58,074 bases of DNA from a virus. Lineage: Duplodnaviria > Caudoviricetes. The position numbers and the translations under genes are program-made. How positions within the stretch are numbered: the stretch's first letter is position 1; each line of letters starts with the position of its first letter. Shown piece by piece: positions 9,227-19,555 of the stretch. The DNA is taken from IMG/VR virus record IMGVR_UViG_3300011337_000184, positions 1-58,074 of that record. The stretch is one strand, 5' to 3'. The notes beneath the pieces are model-generated. The model did no database searches. It was not told where the DNA came from and saw nothing but the letters and a program-made list of their open reading frames with translations.

Positions 9227-11025
9227 CACTCCGACCATACCAACAGGAATCCCACGACGCCATAATGTCGTGGGTGAAGACAAGCCGTTCACCATGCTGC
9301 ATTGAGGCAGCGACAGGTGCGGGCAAATCCCACATCATCGCCGCCGTGGCTGAGTCGATCAACAGGATGTCTGGGGGTAAGCATATCCTGTGCTTGGCCC
9401 CATCCGCCGAGTTGGTGGTGCAAAACGCCGACAAGTACAAGCTGACGGGTGCAAAGGCGTCTATTTTTAGTGCGTCTGCTGGCCAAAAGAGTTTGAGGTA
9501 TCCCGTTGTATTTGGCACGCCAGTCACCGTCAGCAACGCAATATCGCGCTTTGGAAACCAATTTGCTGCGGTGATAATAGACGAGTGCCACGGACTGACG
9601 CCGACGGTAAAATCCATCATCGACGCCATGCGGGACGCCAATGAGAACCTGCGCGTAATAGGCCTGTCCGCTACGCCATATCGTATGAACACGGGATATG
9701 TGTTCAACAAGTGGCCAGACGGCACGCCTGTGGCCGAGTGGCAAACCAAGGCCCCATATTTCGCCGCCTGCGTTCACCGCATCAGGGCAACCGAACTCAT
9801 TGAGGCGGGGTATCTGACGCGGCCATATGTGTCTGAGACGGGCGGCGAAGCCTATGAGACGATGGCAATGGAGATCAACACCACGGGGAAATTCAACGCC
9901 TCTGATGTTGACAGGGCATACCACGGGCATGGCCGCAAGACATCCCTGATCGTGGCCGACATCGTCACCCGATCCGCAGACCGCAAGGGCGTGATGATTT
10001 TTGCGGCCACTGTGCAGCACGCCCAAGAGGTCATGGCCAGCCTTCCATCCAACATGTCGGCCTTGGTGACGGGAGAGACACCAAAGGTCACGCGAGACGC
10101 CATCCTGCGCTGTTTCAAGGCGCACCAAGTCAAGTACCTCGTCAACGTGTCTGTACTCACCACAGGGTTTGATGCGCCGCACGTTGACGTGGTGGCCCTC
10201 CTGCGTGCCACTGAAAGCGTCGGCCTGCTGCAGCAGATCATTGGCCGTGGCCTGCGATGGGACGCGGGAAAGAACGACTGCATGATCTTGGACTATGCGC
10301 AAAACATCGAGCGCCACTGCCCTGATGGTGACATCTTCAACCCAAAAATCAAGGTTTCGGTTTCGGGCGGTGAGATGTCAGAGTTGAAGGCAGTCTGCCC
10401 GCTGTGTGAGGCCGAAAATACGTTTGCGGCGCGGCCAAATTTTGACGGATACCAGATCGACATCCATGGGCATTTTCTCGACCTCGACGGAAACCCCATT
10501 GAGACGGAGTGGGGGCCAATGCCAGCGCACTTTGGCCGCCGCTGCCGAGCCACCGTCAACCTGGCGGGGGATGAGGTCCAATGTCACCACCGATGGACAT
10601 TTAAGAAATGCGGCGCGTGTGACGCTGAGAATGACATCGCGGCGCGGTATTGCATTGAGTGCAAGGCGGAGATTGTTGACCCCAACGAAAAGCTGGCCGT
10701 TGACTTCAAGAATATGAAAAAAGACCCAACACGCCGCCAGACTGACGAGGTTGTAGAGTGGAAGGAGCGGGATCACATCTCAAACTCTGGAAAGGCCACA
10801 CGCAGGGTTGACGTGATCACCCCTTATAGGTCATTCTCATTCTGGGTGTTGAAAGAGCCGACGTTCCACAAGGCCAGAATCCAGAAGGCCCTGTTTGACA
10901 ATCTCGGCGGGTCAGTACCCAAGACGATTACATATGCGAAAGACGCTGACAGCGGTTTCTACAGCGTCTTTGCTTACAATGAGAGTGCAGATGAAAGTCC
11001 CCAGCGACCTAAAAGTATACGGTGA
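9223..11025 (+). CDS. Superfamily 2 DExH helicase with C-terminal zinc fingers
   Basis: LRPYQ, ATGAGKS, DECH, SATP, LTTGFD, QIIGRGLR, CxxC pairs. Confidence 0.9.
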   Translation: MTLRPYQQESHDAIMSWVKTSRSPCCIEAATGAGKSHIIAAVAESINRMSGGKHILCLAPSAELVVQNADKYKLTGAKASIFSASAGQKSLRYPVVFGTPVTVSNAISRFGNQFAAVIIDECHGLTPTVKSIIDAMRDANENLRVIGLSATPYRMNTGYVFNKWPDGTPVAEWQTKAPYFAACVHRIRATELIEAGYLTRPYVSETGGEAYETMAMEINTTGKFNASDVDRAYHGHGRKTSLIVADIVTRSADRKGVMIFAATVQHAQEVMASLPSNMSALVTGETPKVTRDAILRCFKAHQVKYLVNVSVLTTGFDAPHVDVVALLRATESVGLLQQIIGRGLRWDAGKNDCMILDYAQNIERHCPDGDIFNPKIKVSVSGGEMSELKAVCPLCEAENTFAARPNFDGYQIDIHGHFLDLDGNPIETEWGPMPAHFGRRCRATVNLAGDEVQCHHRWTFKKCGACDAENDIAARYCIECKAEIVDPNEKLAVDFKNMKKDPTRRQTDEVVEWKERDHISNSGKATRRVDVITPYRSFSFWVLKEPTFHKARIQKALFDNLGGSVPKTITYAKDADSGFYSVFAYNESADESPQRPKSIR

Positions 11026-11398
11026 CATGGACTTCCGAGGGAAATGCCCCTCGGAGGCTCTGGAGCAGGTAACTTTTTTTGCAAGACTGCGGCGGCTTCA
11101 CCCTGAATATGGCGCAATCGCCATACACCCCCGAAATGAGGGAAAGCGCACGCACCTGCAGGCGGCGAAGGAAAAGAGTGAGGGGATGACCACGGGCGCA
11201 ACCGACATCATCATCCCATCAAATCCCAGCTTTGTGTGCGAATTAAAACGCAGAGATCACATGCTGTCTTCTCTTCATCAGGCGCAGATTGATTACATGC
11301 GCGCCGCTCAGGCCGCTGGATGCTTTGTCTGTGTCGCGCTGGGCGCTGACGCCGCTTGGCAGGCATTTGGGGAGTGGCTTGATGCTAAAGCCAAGTGA
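10991..11398 (+). CDS. VRR-NUC domain nuclease
   Basis: EALEQ...HPRNEGKR...GMTTGATDII...CELKR...Q. Confidence 0.8.
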   Translation: MKVPSDLKVYGDMDFRGKCPSEALEQVTFFARLRRLHPEYGAIAIHPRNEGKRTHLQAAKEKSEGMTTGATDIIIPSNPSFVCELKRRDHMLSSLHQAQIDYMRAAQAAGCFVCVALGADAAWQAFGEWLDAKAK

Positions 11399-11618
11399 GC
11401 GTATTAGGCGTGTGTTGACTGGCAAGGTGAGGCTTGAGGACGAGGACGCCTCAATCCAATCCGTGTGCAGCAAACATATCTATGATGGGGCAATATCCAT
11501 CTTATCCATGAATGGTAAGGCGGCGAGGCAAAACGCGCTGTCTAGACTGCCAGAATTAATCCGACCCCACGTTGAGAACGAGGTGTGGAGGATTTATAAA
11601 AAAAGGAATGCACGATGA
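11382..11618 (+). CDS. Hypothetical protein
   Basis: GGAG RBS; overlaps neighbouring genes. Confidence 0.6.
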   Translation: MLKPSERIRRVLTGKVRLEDEDASIQSVCSKHIYDGAISILSMNGKAARQNALSRLPELIRPHVENEVWRIYKKRNAR

Positions 11619-11845
11619 GATTTTACATTACCCTGAATATGCCGTCGCGGAGCGGAAATTCCATTCACCAAGTGATCGGTGAGCATGAAGCTGAATCTGT
11701 CCATGATTTTACTTACACGCTGAATGAGTGCGATTTTGTCGTCGTCGAGGAGTTTTACCGAAAGCAAGATGGCGGATTTTACAGTGTGGGCCAAGTTGCC
11801 TTGAACACGATGCACATCGGCAAGGTCAAGGTGTCAGATAAATGA
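11615..11845 (+). CDS. Hypothetical protein
   Basis: AAGGA RBS, ATGA coupling. Confidence 0.7.
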   Translation: MRFYITLNMPSRSGNSIHQVIGEHEAESVHDFTYTLNECDFVVVEEFYRKQDGGFYSVGQVALNTMHIGKVKVSDK

Positions 11846-12147
11846 GCCACAAAAAGAAAGTCGCCAGCATAACCCGCAGCTTTAAGCACCCACGGGTGGC
11901 ATATATCATCATACCAATCGGGATGGTTCCCGACATCCCATTTGTTGACGTTATGGTAAATCAGCACGGGGATATTGCGTTCAAGTTTCACGAGGATGGT
12001 GATTCCGTTGCCAACAAGACCAGCAGGCAAAGCGCGACCATTCGGATCACGTTCCCCGCATCAGTGGTTGAGAGCCTACCCATTGGCAGGTTCAACTGTG
12101 ACCTTGTACGTAGCGGCGGTGACCTGTTCAGGGTAGTGTGGGTTTAG
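11842..12147 (+). CDS. Hypothetical protein
   Basis: ATGA coupling; last gene of + strand block. Confidence 0.6.
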   Translation: MSHKKKVASITRSFKHPRVAYIIIPIGMVPDIPFVDVMVNQHGDIAFKFHEDGDSVANKTSRQSATIRITFPASVVESLPIGRFNCDLVRSGGDLFRVVWV

Positions 12148-12150
12148 TCT

Positions 12151-13209
12151 TTACCTAAACACTGCAAACGACATACCGCCGCCCGTATTGGCACCGTTTG
12201 CCATTGTAAAACCTGCAGTAGTTTTGCTTCTTATATGGGGATAGCGGGTGTTACTCTCGCCGCCAAATCCACCAAGGACAACAGAATAGTTTGCGTCTTG
12301 CATTGCCGTGGTGAAAGTCACAGTGGTCGGATTTAAGCCGCTAATTGATGCTACGTTTCCGCCTGAAACAAAATTTCCACTTGCATCGCACGTACCCCAC
12401 GCACGGCAAGCGAAGATCGGGGCGGTGCCAGAGGCGTTCAGTCCGTCACGAAGACGCAGCGGCGTCATAAGCGTTGTGTTGTCAGTTCCCGCAACCGCCT
12501 CAGTCTGTGTGGCCACGCCAGACACAGCGCCCTTGCCAGACAGGTTTATGGTGGAGCCTGTGATGGCCCCGTAGTACAGCGTGCCTGCAATGGTCTGGCT
12601 TGTTTGGGTGGTGGGAACCACGAAGGTCACGGACCCAGCCGATGACGCAGTTACGGTCCACACGCCATTGTATCCCGTGGGGGTGACACCCTTAACGCTG
12701 ATAACCTGCCCCACCGCAATCAGATACCCCCCAGCAAAGGTGATGGTGGCGTTGGTGCCAGCGCAGCTTGCGTTTGTGGTGGCAAATTCGTTTCCGATGG
12801 CAAGGTTTTGCAGCGCCGACGGTGATTGTGTGTCCACAAAAAACACAATATTACCGTCGGAATACACCGTGCGGGTCTGGCCATTTGGGATGGAGACACT
12901 GGTGGCGCTGGCGGCATTCTTGACAATCAGGTTATAGACGTTTGAGGCGCTTTGGTTGACTACCACCCACTGGCCAGAAACACCATTTGGAACGACAAAC
13001 GTAACGTCAGCCGTGAACGCCAAAGTGCCAGACTTCAGACACATGCTCTGAACTTGTGTGGTATTCAGGGACACGCTGCCAGATGTGCCAACCACATCGG
13101 CATAATTGCCCAGCGCCCTATCAAGAATATCGGCATTTCCATTTAATGGAGTACCCCATGTTGTGGAACCGATTGCTGGCTGACTTAGCCCTTTGTTTGT
13201 CGTTGCCAT
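12151..13209 (-). CDS. Tail fibre-like structural protein
   Basis: WGTPLNGNADILDRAL N-terminus; Thr/Gly/Val-rich; ATQTEAVAGTDNTTLMTPL; C-terminal RAWG...FTTAMQDANYSV. Confidence 0.65.
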   Translation of the reverse strand: MATTNKGLSQPAIGSTTWGTPLNGNADILDRALGNYADVVGTSGSVSLNTTQVQSMCLKSGTLAFTADVTFVVPNGVSGQWVVVNQSASNVYNLIVKNAASATSVSIPNGQTRTVYSDGNIVFFVDTQSPSALQNLAIGNEFATTNASCAGTNATITFAGGYLIAVGQVISVKGVTPTGYNGVWTVTASSAGSVTFVVPTTQTSQTIAGTLYYGAITGSTINLSGKGAVSGVATQTEAVAGTDNTTLMTPLRLRDGLNASGTAPIFACRAWGTCDASGNFVSGGNVASISGLNPTTVTFTTAMQDANYSVVLGGFGGESNTRYPHIRSKTTAGFTMANGANTGGGMSFAVFR

Positions 13210-15164
13210 CAGATGCTCCTATTCGCAATTTCCAAGGCGCTTGCCACTGCCTCATCAGGCGTGTTTAGCAGGCCCTCTGTGTGGGCGCTCAGTCCCCTCT
13301 TAGCACGTTCTGCGGCCCGAACCAACTGGTCTGCCTCTACATCATGCAACGACACGCGACCGCCCGATTTGCGGCCTTCGCGGTCATCCATAGACGAACC
13401 GATTTGCGACCCCACGTTCGTAATGATCGGAGGGGCAACGACATCGGCAGCTTTTCGGGCGGCAGAGTTTACAGCCCTTTCCGCACGGCCAAGACTGTAT
13501 TGAGTGGTGCCTGCAACCCGTGGCGATGCAAGGGCCAATCCAAGTGCGGACGCTGGGAGCATTGCGGGGTGCATGCCCATCGTCATTCCCATAGCCAATG
13601 GACCACCAAGGCCAGCAACGGTATTATGCATGCGGTCGCTACTCCAATTCTTCATGGCATTTCCAGCCAAGGAATAGCGCAAGTTCTGCCCGCTTGGGGT
13701 TCCCTCAAGAAGGTTAAAAATTTCATTTCCATCCTTTGATGAAAAAGCCTTTGAGAGCCTTCTGGTTCTTGCCACATCTGACATGGCCTTTGTGCCAAAC
13801 TCTTTTTTAACGTTGTTGAGTTGGCGCTTCCATTCCTTCCATCCAGACATCATTTTGCCGTACGCTGGATCGGTCTGTGCCATTGCGTCAACAAGTTCTC
13901 CAGCCATTGCCTGCACACGGCTTTTCAGGGCGGGGTGTTTGATTTGACCAGCCAACGTGTCTAGGCTTTTTTTCACCACATCAAGTTCCTGAATAGTGTT
14001 TGCCTTGGCAGAAGGATGCGTCAAAACGTTGTCAATTAAGTTTACTGCATCTCTAGCCGCGCTCAGATCGCCAGTCGCATATGCCACGGGTGATTGCAGA
14101 ACGCCTTGGGGCGTGATCATGCTTTCAACAACATCTCTGGCCGCTGAAGGGCTTGCCATATCAACAGGCTGCGATCTTCCGAAAGCAGTTCTTTTATCGG
14201 ACATGTAGGCGTCATTGGCCTTGTTCGCCATGTCGTCGATGGCGCTTTCCAAGGCATCAACTGATTCCCCTGAAAACTTCTGTTTGCCCTTAAGGGCTGA
14301 AACAAACGCCTCTACTTTTTGCGGGTCACCGCTTAAACCAACTTCCCTTGCAACTTTGAGTGTTTTGAACGGGATGCCGCTAGCGGCATTTTGTGCTGTC
14401 ATCAAGCCATAAGGAACAGCCTTACCTACTGTGGACACGCCTTTACCAGTAAGCGTCATTGCAGCCTGAACTGGATCAAGGTTTGCCGCCATGTTCCCGT
14501 ACTTTGCAAGATTTCCAGTTTTTGAAATTATCCCCAATTTTGATGCAGCGCCAGCGCCACCAGACATGACTGTGGCCGCATCAGCGAGATATGCGGCTGG
14601 GTCTTCGGCTAGATGTTTCCAGCCCTCACCGCCTTCGGTAAAATCAAAACGGCTCTTGTAATTCTGACCCAAAGCGTCCGCAACAGCCTCGCGCTCCCCT
14701 TTGGTGGCTGGATCAAGAACTGGGCCATATCCAACCGCATTGCCCGCAGCGTCGAGCGCCTTCGAACCCACGCCAACGCCAAGCTTGCCTATTGTTGTCG
14801 CTGTTTCGATGGGATGGACAATTGCATTGGCAAAGCCAGCGAGTTGATTCCCCACGCTTCTTGGCACATTACTCGCAACCCTCATGGCGTATTCGCCAGT
14901 TGGCATCTGAGCGTATTCAGCCGCAGACAAGTTGTCTGGCTGGGTATTTTGACCTTCGCTCAGTCTTTGAAGCATGTATGCATCAGAGCGATTTGGCGCA
15001 CCAGCGACCGCAGGGGCAGCAGTCCCGCTTTGGGCCATTCTTGCCTTAATGGCGGCAGCCCGTTCAGCAAAGCTTTGCCCCAGTGGCGCTTGACCCTGAC
15101 CCTGATCCACAGCGCCCGATGGCGATCCCCCAAAAGTCTTAAACTTGATCTCACCATCTGCCAT
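13209..15164 (-). CDS. Putative internal virion / DNA ejection protein
   Basis: Ala/Gly-rich helical 651 aa in podovirus ejection-gene position; C-terminal RKSGG. Confidence 0.55.
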   Translation of the reverse strand: MADGEIKFKTFGGSPSGAVDQGQGQAPLGQSFAERAAAIKARMAQSGTAAPAVAGAPNRSDAYMLQRLSEGQNTQPDNLSAAEYAQMPTGEYAMRVASNVPRSVGNQLAGFANAIVHPIETATTIGKLGVGVGSKALDAAGNAVGYGPVLDPATKGEREAVADALGQNYKSRFDFTEGGEGWKHLAEDPAAYLADAATVMSGGAGAASKLGIISKTGNLAKYGNMAANLDPVQAAMTLTGKGVSTVGKAVPYGLMTAQNAASGIPFKTLKVAREVGLSGDPQKVEAFVSALKGKQKFSGESVDALESAIDDMANKANDAYMSDKRTAFGRSQPVDMASPSAARDVVESMITPQGVLQSPVAYATGDLSAARDAVNLIDNVLTHPSAKANTIQELDVVKKSLDTLAGQIKHPALKSRVQAMAGELVDAMAQTDPAYGKMMSGWKEWKRQLNNVKKEFGTKAMSDVARTRRLSKAFSSKDGNEIFNLLEGTPSGQNLRYSLAGNAMKNWSSDRMHNTVAGLGGPLAMGMTMGMHPAMLPASALGLALASPRVAGTTQYSLGRAERAVNSAARKAADVVAPPIITNVGSQIGSSMDDREGRKSGGRVSLHDVEADQLVRAAERAKRGLSAHTEGLLNTPDEAVASALEIANRSI

Positions 15165-15166
15165 GA

Positions 15167-18100
15167 TTAGGAGTTCCCTTGTTGAACAAAGTATCGACCA
15201 AGAATCTTTGATACCCTGTGTTGATCTGGAGAATTGGCGTACATAGCGTCAAATATATCTTCAAGAGCGTCCTGTGCTTCCGCTTGATTTTCAAATGCAC
15301 CCCTATTGGCGCTGTCAAAGAAATCAACAATAAGCTGTTTAAGTTCAGCATCGCCTCCTGTATCGCCAGCATACTTTAACAGGTCTGCAATGTTTGTCTT
15401 TTCGACTTGGTACAAGTCTCCAGCTTTTTTGTTGAAGAGAGCTTCTACCCCCGTTAAGTCTTTGACCGTTCCATTTTGCGCCCGATATATGTCGTTGACA
15501 AATTGACCTTTTTCGTAAGAGGTCATGTTTTTTGTCATCATTTCAGCCGTAATATCAGCAGCAGCAATTGGGTTTGTGTCGATCCCTGGGAAGATACCTT
15601 TATTTTGCAAATATAATGTTGCGGCTGCCGTATCAGCCGTCATTTGGTCTGCGCTTAGTGACGAAAGCTTATTCAAAAGCGTCCGCGCCGTTGCTGCACT
15701 TCCATCGTATTGAACGCCAAATTGTCCAGCTACTTGTGTTGCAAGTGCCTCAAAGCTTGCCTTGTAATCACCGAGCGGTCCAAGATTGTTATCCTTAGCG
15801 GCCTTTGCAACCGTAACTGCAAGTTCATTCATGTTTCTGAATGACATGCCTGCGGATGCTGTACCGCTGTCAGCCGCCGCACGGGTTGCCGCTGCTTGTG
15901 CGGTAATGGCCTCACGCTCCTGTAGTGGTATGTTTGAATTTGACCGCGCTTCAGCCTGTTGAATGTATGCTTGATCATTTGCATCCAATGCAAATGTTCC
16001 AAAGCTTTCGTACGGCGCAACAACTTGAGGAACAGGCATGCCTGCTGCTGGGGTTTGCGGTGCAACAGTCTGATCTTGAGGGGGCGCAACTGGTGCTGCA
16101 CCACCGCCAAAGATTTGCTCTGGTGTTGCAGTTGCAAGGTCAACGCCTCTGCTTTGTGCGCCCCCAGCAATGCTACGCATAACCTGATCGGCAGCCACAC
16201 CAGCCATAGACGGTCCAGCGGGCTTGACCATAAAGTCTGCAAACGTCTGAACGCCACCACCCTGAAGCGGGACGAAAGTCTGGCCGAGAGCCTCGTTGTA
16301 GTAGATAGAGTTCTTGAACAGTTGAACGCCTTGGTTTGCGGTCTGGGCGTTGGTGAAGTCAATGTCAGCGTTTTGCTTAAGCAGACCCTTGTAGGTTTCT
16401 GCGCCGCCGCCCAATCCTTGAAGGATGGCAGTGAATGGTGAAACGCTGCGGGAAGATGCCATTGTTCCCAAGCCCGACAAAAGAGAAAGAACGGCGTTTT
16501 GGTTCAGGCCACCCTCTGGATTGTGGAAGAACTTTCCAACGGCGTTGCGATCTTCGTATGGCTTCACGCCGCCCGTTGGAGCGCCAGAGACATCTGTCCT
16601 AGTGCCGCCGAGGCCACCGTTGTAATTTGCACCAGTTGAGTAATAACGACCTTCTGGCGTTGAGACTGGGGCATTTACAAGGCTTTCTAGAGGTACCCCA
16701 GCAAACTCTGCCAAAGCCCTCATACGGTCACCGCGCCACTGGGCGATACCATAGGTTCCCATGCCACCACCAAGGGTGTTTCTGGCATTAGGGTCAATGT
16801 GAACATAGCTTTCCACCATATAGCGGCCAACAGTACCAGCGGCGTGAATTGGGCTTACGCCTTCGCTGATCAGTTGATTGTATATCTCGCTAACGTTGGG
16901 AGGGAACCTTGAGAAATCTCCGTTTTGTGCCGCCTCTGCAATACTTTCAGCGTACATTGCAGCTTCCTTGCGCCCTGCGCCTCCAGACCTCTCAACAAGC
17001 ACATCCATGCCTGTGGCTGCATCAGCGGCAGTTGCGTATGGTGTGCTTTTGTACTCTTGATATTCGGGTTCTTGAATCTGAAACGCAACTTGCGTCCTAA
17101 CTGGCACGATTGGCTTGTAACCACCCTGCGGTATTTCACCAGTATCGGTTTGCGGGCTTGCTTGAGGCGCGGCAACAGTTGGCGCAGCAACACTTGGGGC
17201 AACAACACCAGTTGGCGCTGTTGGTGCAACAACTCCCGTTGCCGCTGGGGTGTTGTTCAACACGGACATGGTATCAGCCGCAATATCCGCACCACCAGCC
17301 AAGCCAGCAGGACGAGGCAGTGGCCGTGGGGATTCTGTAGGCGCAAGACCGCTGCGCGGCGTCAGGCTGATGGGACGCTGCGGCATTGGCCGCGCAGGAG
17401 CGACACCACCTTGGGGTGGCATGTAATTGTTATTCAGCGGCTGCTTTCCGAGGGCAATCAAAAGATCGTTTGCCAGACCCTCTGTACGGTCACCTTTTGG
17501 CAAGTTCTCTGATCTGTCACCCCCTTGCAGGATGTTGTATCTCGCAAGCGCCTCTTCACGGCTGTTTGGTCCAACAACGCCATCAGTGGCATACCCGTGA
17601 CGGCCACCAGCAACACCGCCCGATGCGTATCGGGTCAGGTGCGCAAGTTCCTTACGGTCTTCAATTTCCTTAGGTGTTGCGGCCTTGCGGGGAAAAATGC
17701 CCTCATTTGAGTAACGAAGGGCTTTATCTGCGCTTTCCCGTGCCAAATCTTGGTAGGTCTTCTGGACCATATCGTCACCAAGAGTTCCAAATAAATCAGC
17801 AAGGCGACTGGATATGCCAGACCCAACTGAATTGTATCCGCTTGCAATTGGACCCAGAACATCTCTGTCAAGGGTTTGCTTCATATCCTCTACTTGCCCA
17901 TAAAACTCATTCATTTTTTCGCCGCCGTATGTTTCGCGGCGTATTGTTTCTCTATCAATAGGCTTTTCAGCCCGTGCGGCATGTCCGTCAGCACTGAGCA
18001 TGTTTAGAGATTCCAGAAGCGCTCTTGGAATTGCAGCGATTGTTTTTGCTTCCCGCGAGTCCAGAAAATTAACGGGTTCAAGTGGTTCTGGGATTAGCCG

Positions 18101-19048
18101 TCCCATTTTTTTTGGAAGTTCTGGACGGACGACACTGCCGCCGTCTTTTTTTCCGCCGCCAATCATTGCAAGAACTTTAGAAACAATATCCCCGCTGTTG
18201 TCTTGGCTTTGCTCTGGAGGCCTTGCAATCATCAGATCGCCAATAGGAAGGTTTGGCTCTGGCACATATCCGACACCGCCAATTGCCTCTTTGCTGTGAG
18301 ACACTGGCCCAGCAACGCCGCCGCCTTCGGCATAACCGTTGATGCGGCCACCGTTTGCTGCAAGGTTACTAAACAAACCAATTGGCTGGGTGGTAGTCGT
18401 GGTTGATCCAGACGCCACGCCAGTTCCAAGTGCAATATTCGCAAGGAACTGTGCCTGCTGGTATGGTAGACCCTGTTCCTGCATAAATCGGGTGATCATG
18501 GCATCTTTGCCAGCCTGTTCAGTCTGCTGACCCATAGTGCCAGCAGCCAACTGCATCTGACCAGCCTGCAGGCCACGGTTAAGGTCGGCCTGAGACGCAC
18601 CAAGAGCCTGAGTGTACCCTTGGTTCATAATGTCGGCCATCGTCTTGCCGTATGCCATCTGGTTCTGCTGCTGCAGGTTGGCTGCGGCAACGCCAGCGCG
18701 ATCCCCGCCAAACGCTCCAGACTGCACAGCCGTACCCAGAGCGCCAGACTGTGCCTGCTCCTGCTGTTGCTTTAGATATGCGCCAGTGGTGTCGGCCACG
18801 TTCTTAGTGTAGGACGTAATGTACGGATCAATTCCAGCGGATGCGGGGCCTGTGCTTGCGTTAATGGTGTTCGTTCCAGCGGCTTGCTGGGCATTCATTT
18901 GGGCGACATAATCTGCAGCATTGTCGCCAAATGCCTGAAACGGTTTACTGGCAGCAGTTTCCGCTCGTGCATTGATAGCGTTATACCGCGCCAACACCTC
19001 TGGAGGAATACTTACGTTACTTGTAGATGTTGATGTCTTGCCGCCCAT
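15167..19048 (-). CDS. Large internal virion / ejection protein with phage tail lysozyme-like domain
   Basis: MGGKTSTSTS..., Gln/Ala-rich; AAGTVGRYMVES...YGIAQWRGDR lysozyme motifs; several xxxGG motifs. Confidence 0.65.
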   Translation of the reverse strand: MGGKTSTSTSNVSIPPEVLARYNAINARAETAASKPFQAFGDNAADYVAQMNAQQAAGTNTINASTGPASAGIDPYITSYTKNVADTTGAYLKQQQEQAQSGALGTAVQSGAFGGDRAGVAAANLQQQNQMAYGKTMADIMNQGYTQALGASQADLNRGLQAGQMQLAAGTMGQQTEQAGKDAMITRFMQEQGLPYQQAQFLANIALGTGVASGSTTTTTQPIGLFSNLAANGGRINGYAEGGGVAGPVSHSKEAIGGVGYVPEPNLPIGDLMIARPPEQSQDNSGDIVSKVLAMIGGGKKDGGSVVRPELPKKMGRLIPEPLEPVNFLDSREAKTIAAIPRALLESLNMLSADGHAARAEKPIDRETIRRETYGGEKMNEFYGQVEDMKQTLDRDVLGPIASGYNSVGSGISSRLADLFGTLGDDMVQKTYQDLARESADKALRYSNEGIFPRKAATPKEIEDRKELAHLTRYASGGVAGGRHGYATDGVVGPNSREEALARYNILQGGDRSENLPKGDRTEGLANDLLIALGKQPLNNNYMPPQGGVAPARPMPQRPISLTPRSGLAPTESPRPLPRPAGLAGGADIAADTMSVLNNTPAATGVVAPTAPTGVVAPSVAAPTVAAPQASPQTDTGEIPQGGYKPIVPVRTQVAFQIQEPEYQEYKSTPYATAADAATGMDVLVERSGGAGRKEAAMYAESIAEAAQNGDFSRFPPNVSEIYNQLISEGVSPIHAAGTVGRYMVESYVHIDPNARNTLGGGMGTYGIAQWRGDRMRALAEFAGVPLESLVNAPVSTPEGRYYSTGANYNGGLGGTRTDVSGAPTGGVKPYEDRNAVGKFFHNPEGGLNQNAVLSLLSGLGTMASSRSVSPFTAILQGLGGGAETYKGLLKQNADIDFTNAQTANQGVQLFKNSIYYNEALGQTFVPLQGGGVQTFADFMVKPAGPSMAGVAADQVMRSIAGGAQSRGVDLATATPEQIFGGGAAPVAPPQDQTVAPQTPAAGMPVPQVVAPYESFGTFALDANDQAYIQQAEARSNSNIPLQEREAITAQAAATRAAADSGTASAGMSFRNMNELAVTVAKAAKDNNLGPLGDYKASFEALATQVAGQFGVQYDGSAATARTLLNKLSSLSADQMTADTAAATLYLQNKGIFPGIDTNPIAAADITAEMMTKNMTSYEKGQFVNDIYRAQNGTVKDLTGVEALFNKKAGDLYQVEKTNIADLLKYAGDTGGDAELKQLIVDFFDSANRGAFENQAEAQDALEDIFDAMYANSPDQHRVSKILGRYFVQQGNS

Positions 19049-19545
19049 CAGGTTTCCCCTTCGATTTCTGGAACTATACCAGTCTTTGCATTGTAAAGGA
19101 AGTATACACCTGCGGGCTTGCCAAATGTTCTCTCATAGAGCCGAATCTTGGCCTCGGTCCTGCTATTTGATAGTACACCAATCGCCAGCGGCAACTCAAG
19201 TTCTTCCGCCATGGTCTTAGCAAACTCTGCCAGCTTGCGCGCTCGACCACCCTTAGCTGCACGATACTCTGGGTCAACAAAGATTGCCTTCTCCTCAAGG
19301 ACAGGCTCAACGCTGTACCACACGGGGCCAATGTTTAGGAGTATCGCACCTTCAAGCTTTCCGCCAACGGTGTCACCGATCACGCCGACCAATCCGCCCT
19401 GCTGCGTGAGAGACTTCCAGACCTGATTGGCAAGCAGTGCGATGTCGGGGGCGATAAACGCATTCTCCTCAGTCGCCGCAATAGAGAGGCGCATCATCTC
19501 GTTAAAGTCTGCCGCCGTGCCAACGCGGACTGTGATCTCATCCAT
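19048..19545 (-). CDS. GNAT-fold protein upstream of ejection genes
   Basis: IFVDPEYRAAKGGRARKL acetyl-CoA-binding-like loop. Confidence 0.55.
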   Translation of the reverse strand: MDEITVRVGTAADFNEMMRLSIAATEENAFIAPDIALLANQVWKSLTQQGGLVGVIGDTVGGKLEGAILLNIGPVWYSVEPVLEEKAIFVDPEYRAAKGGRARKLAEFAKTMAEELELPLAIGVLSNSRTEAKIRLYERTFGKPAGVYFLYNAKTGIVPEIEGET

Positions 19546-19555
19546 AATTTAATCC

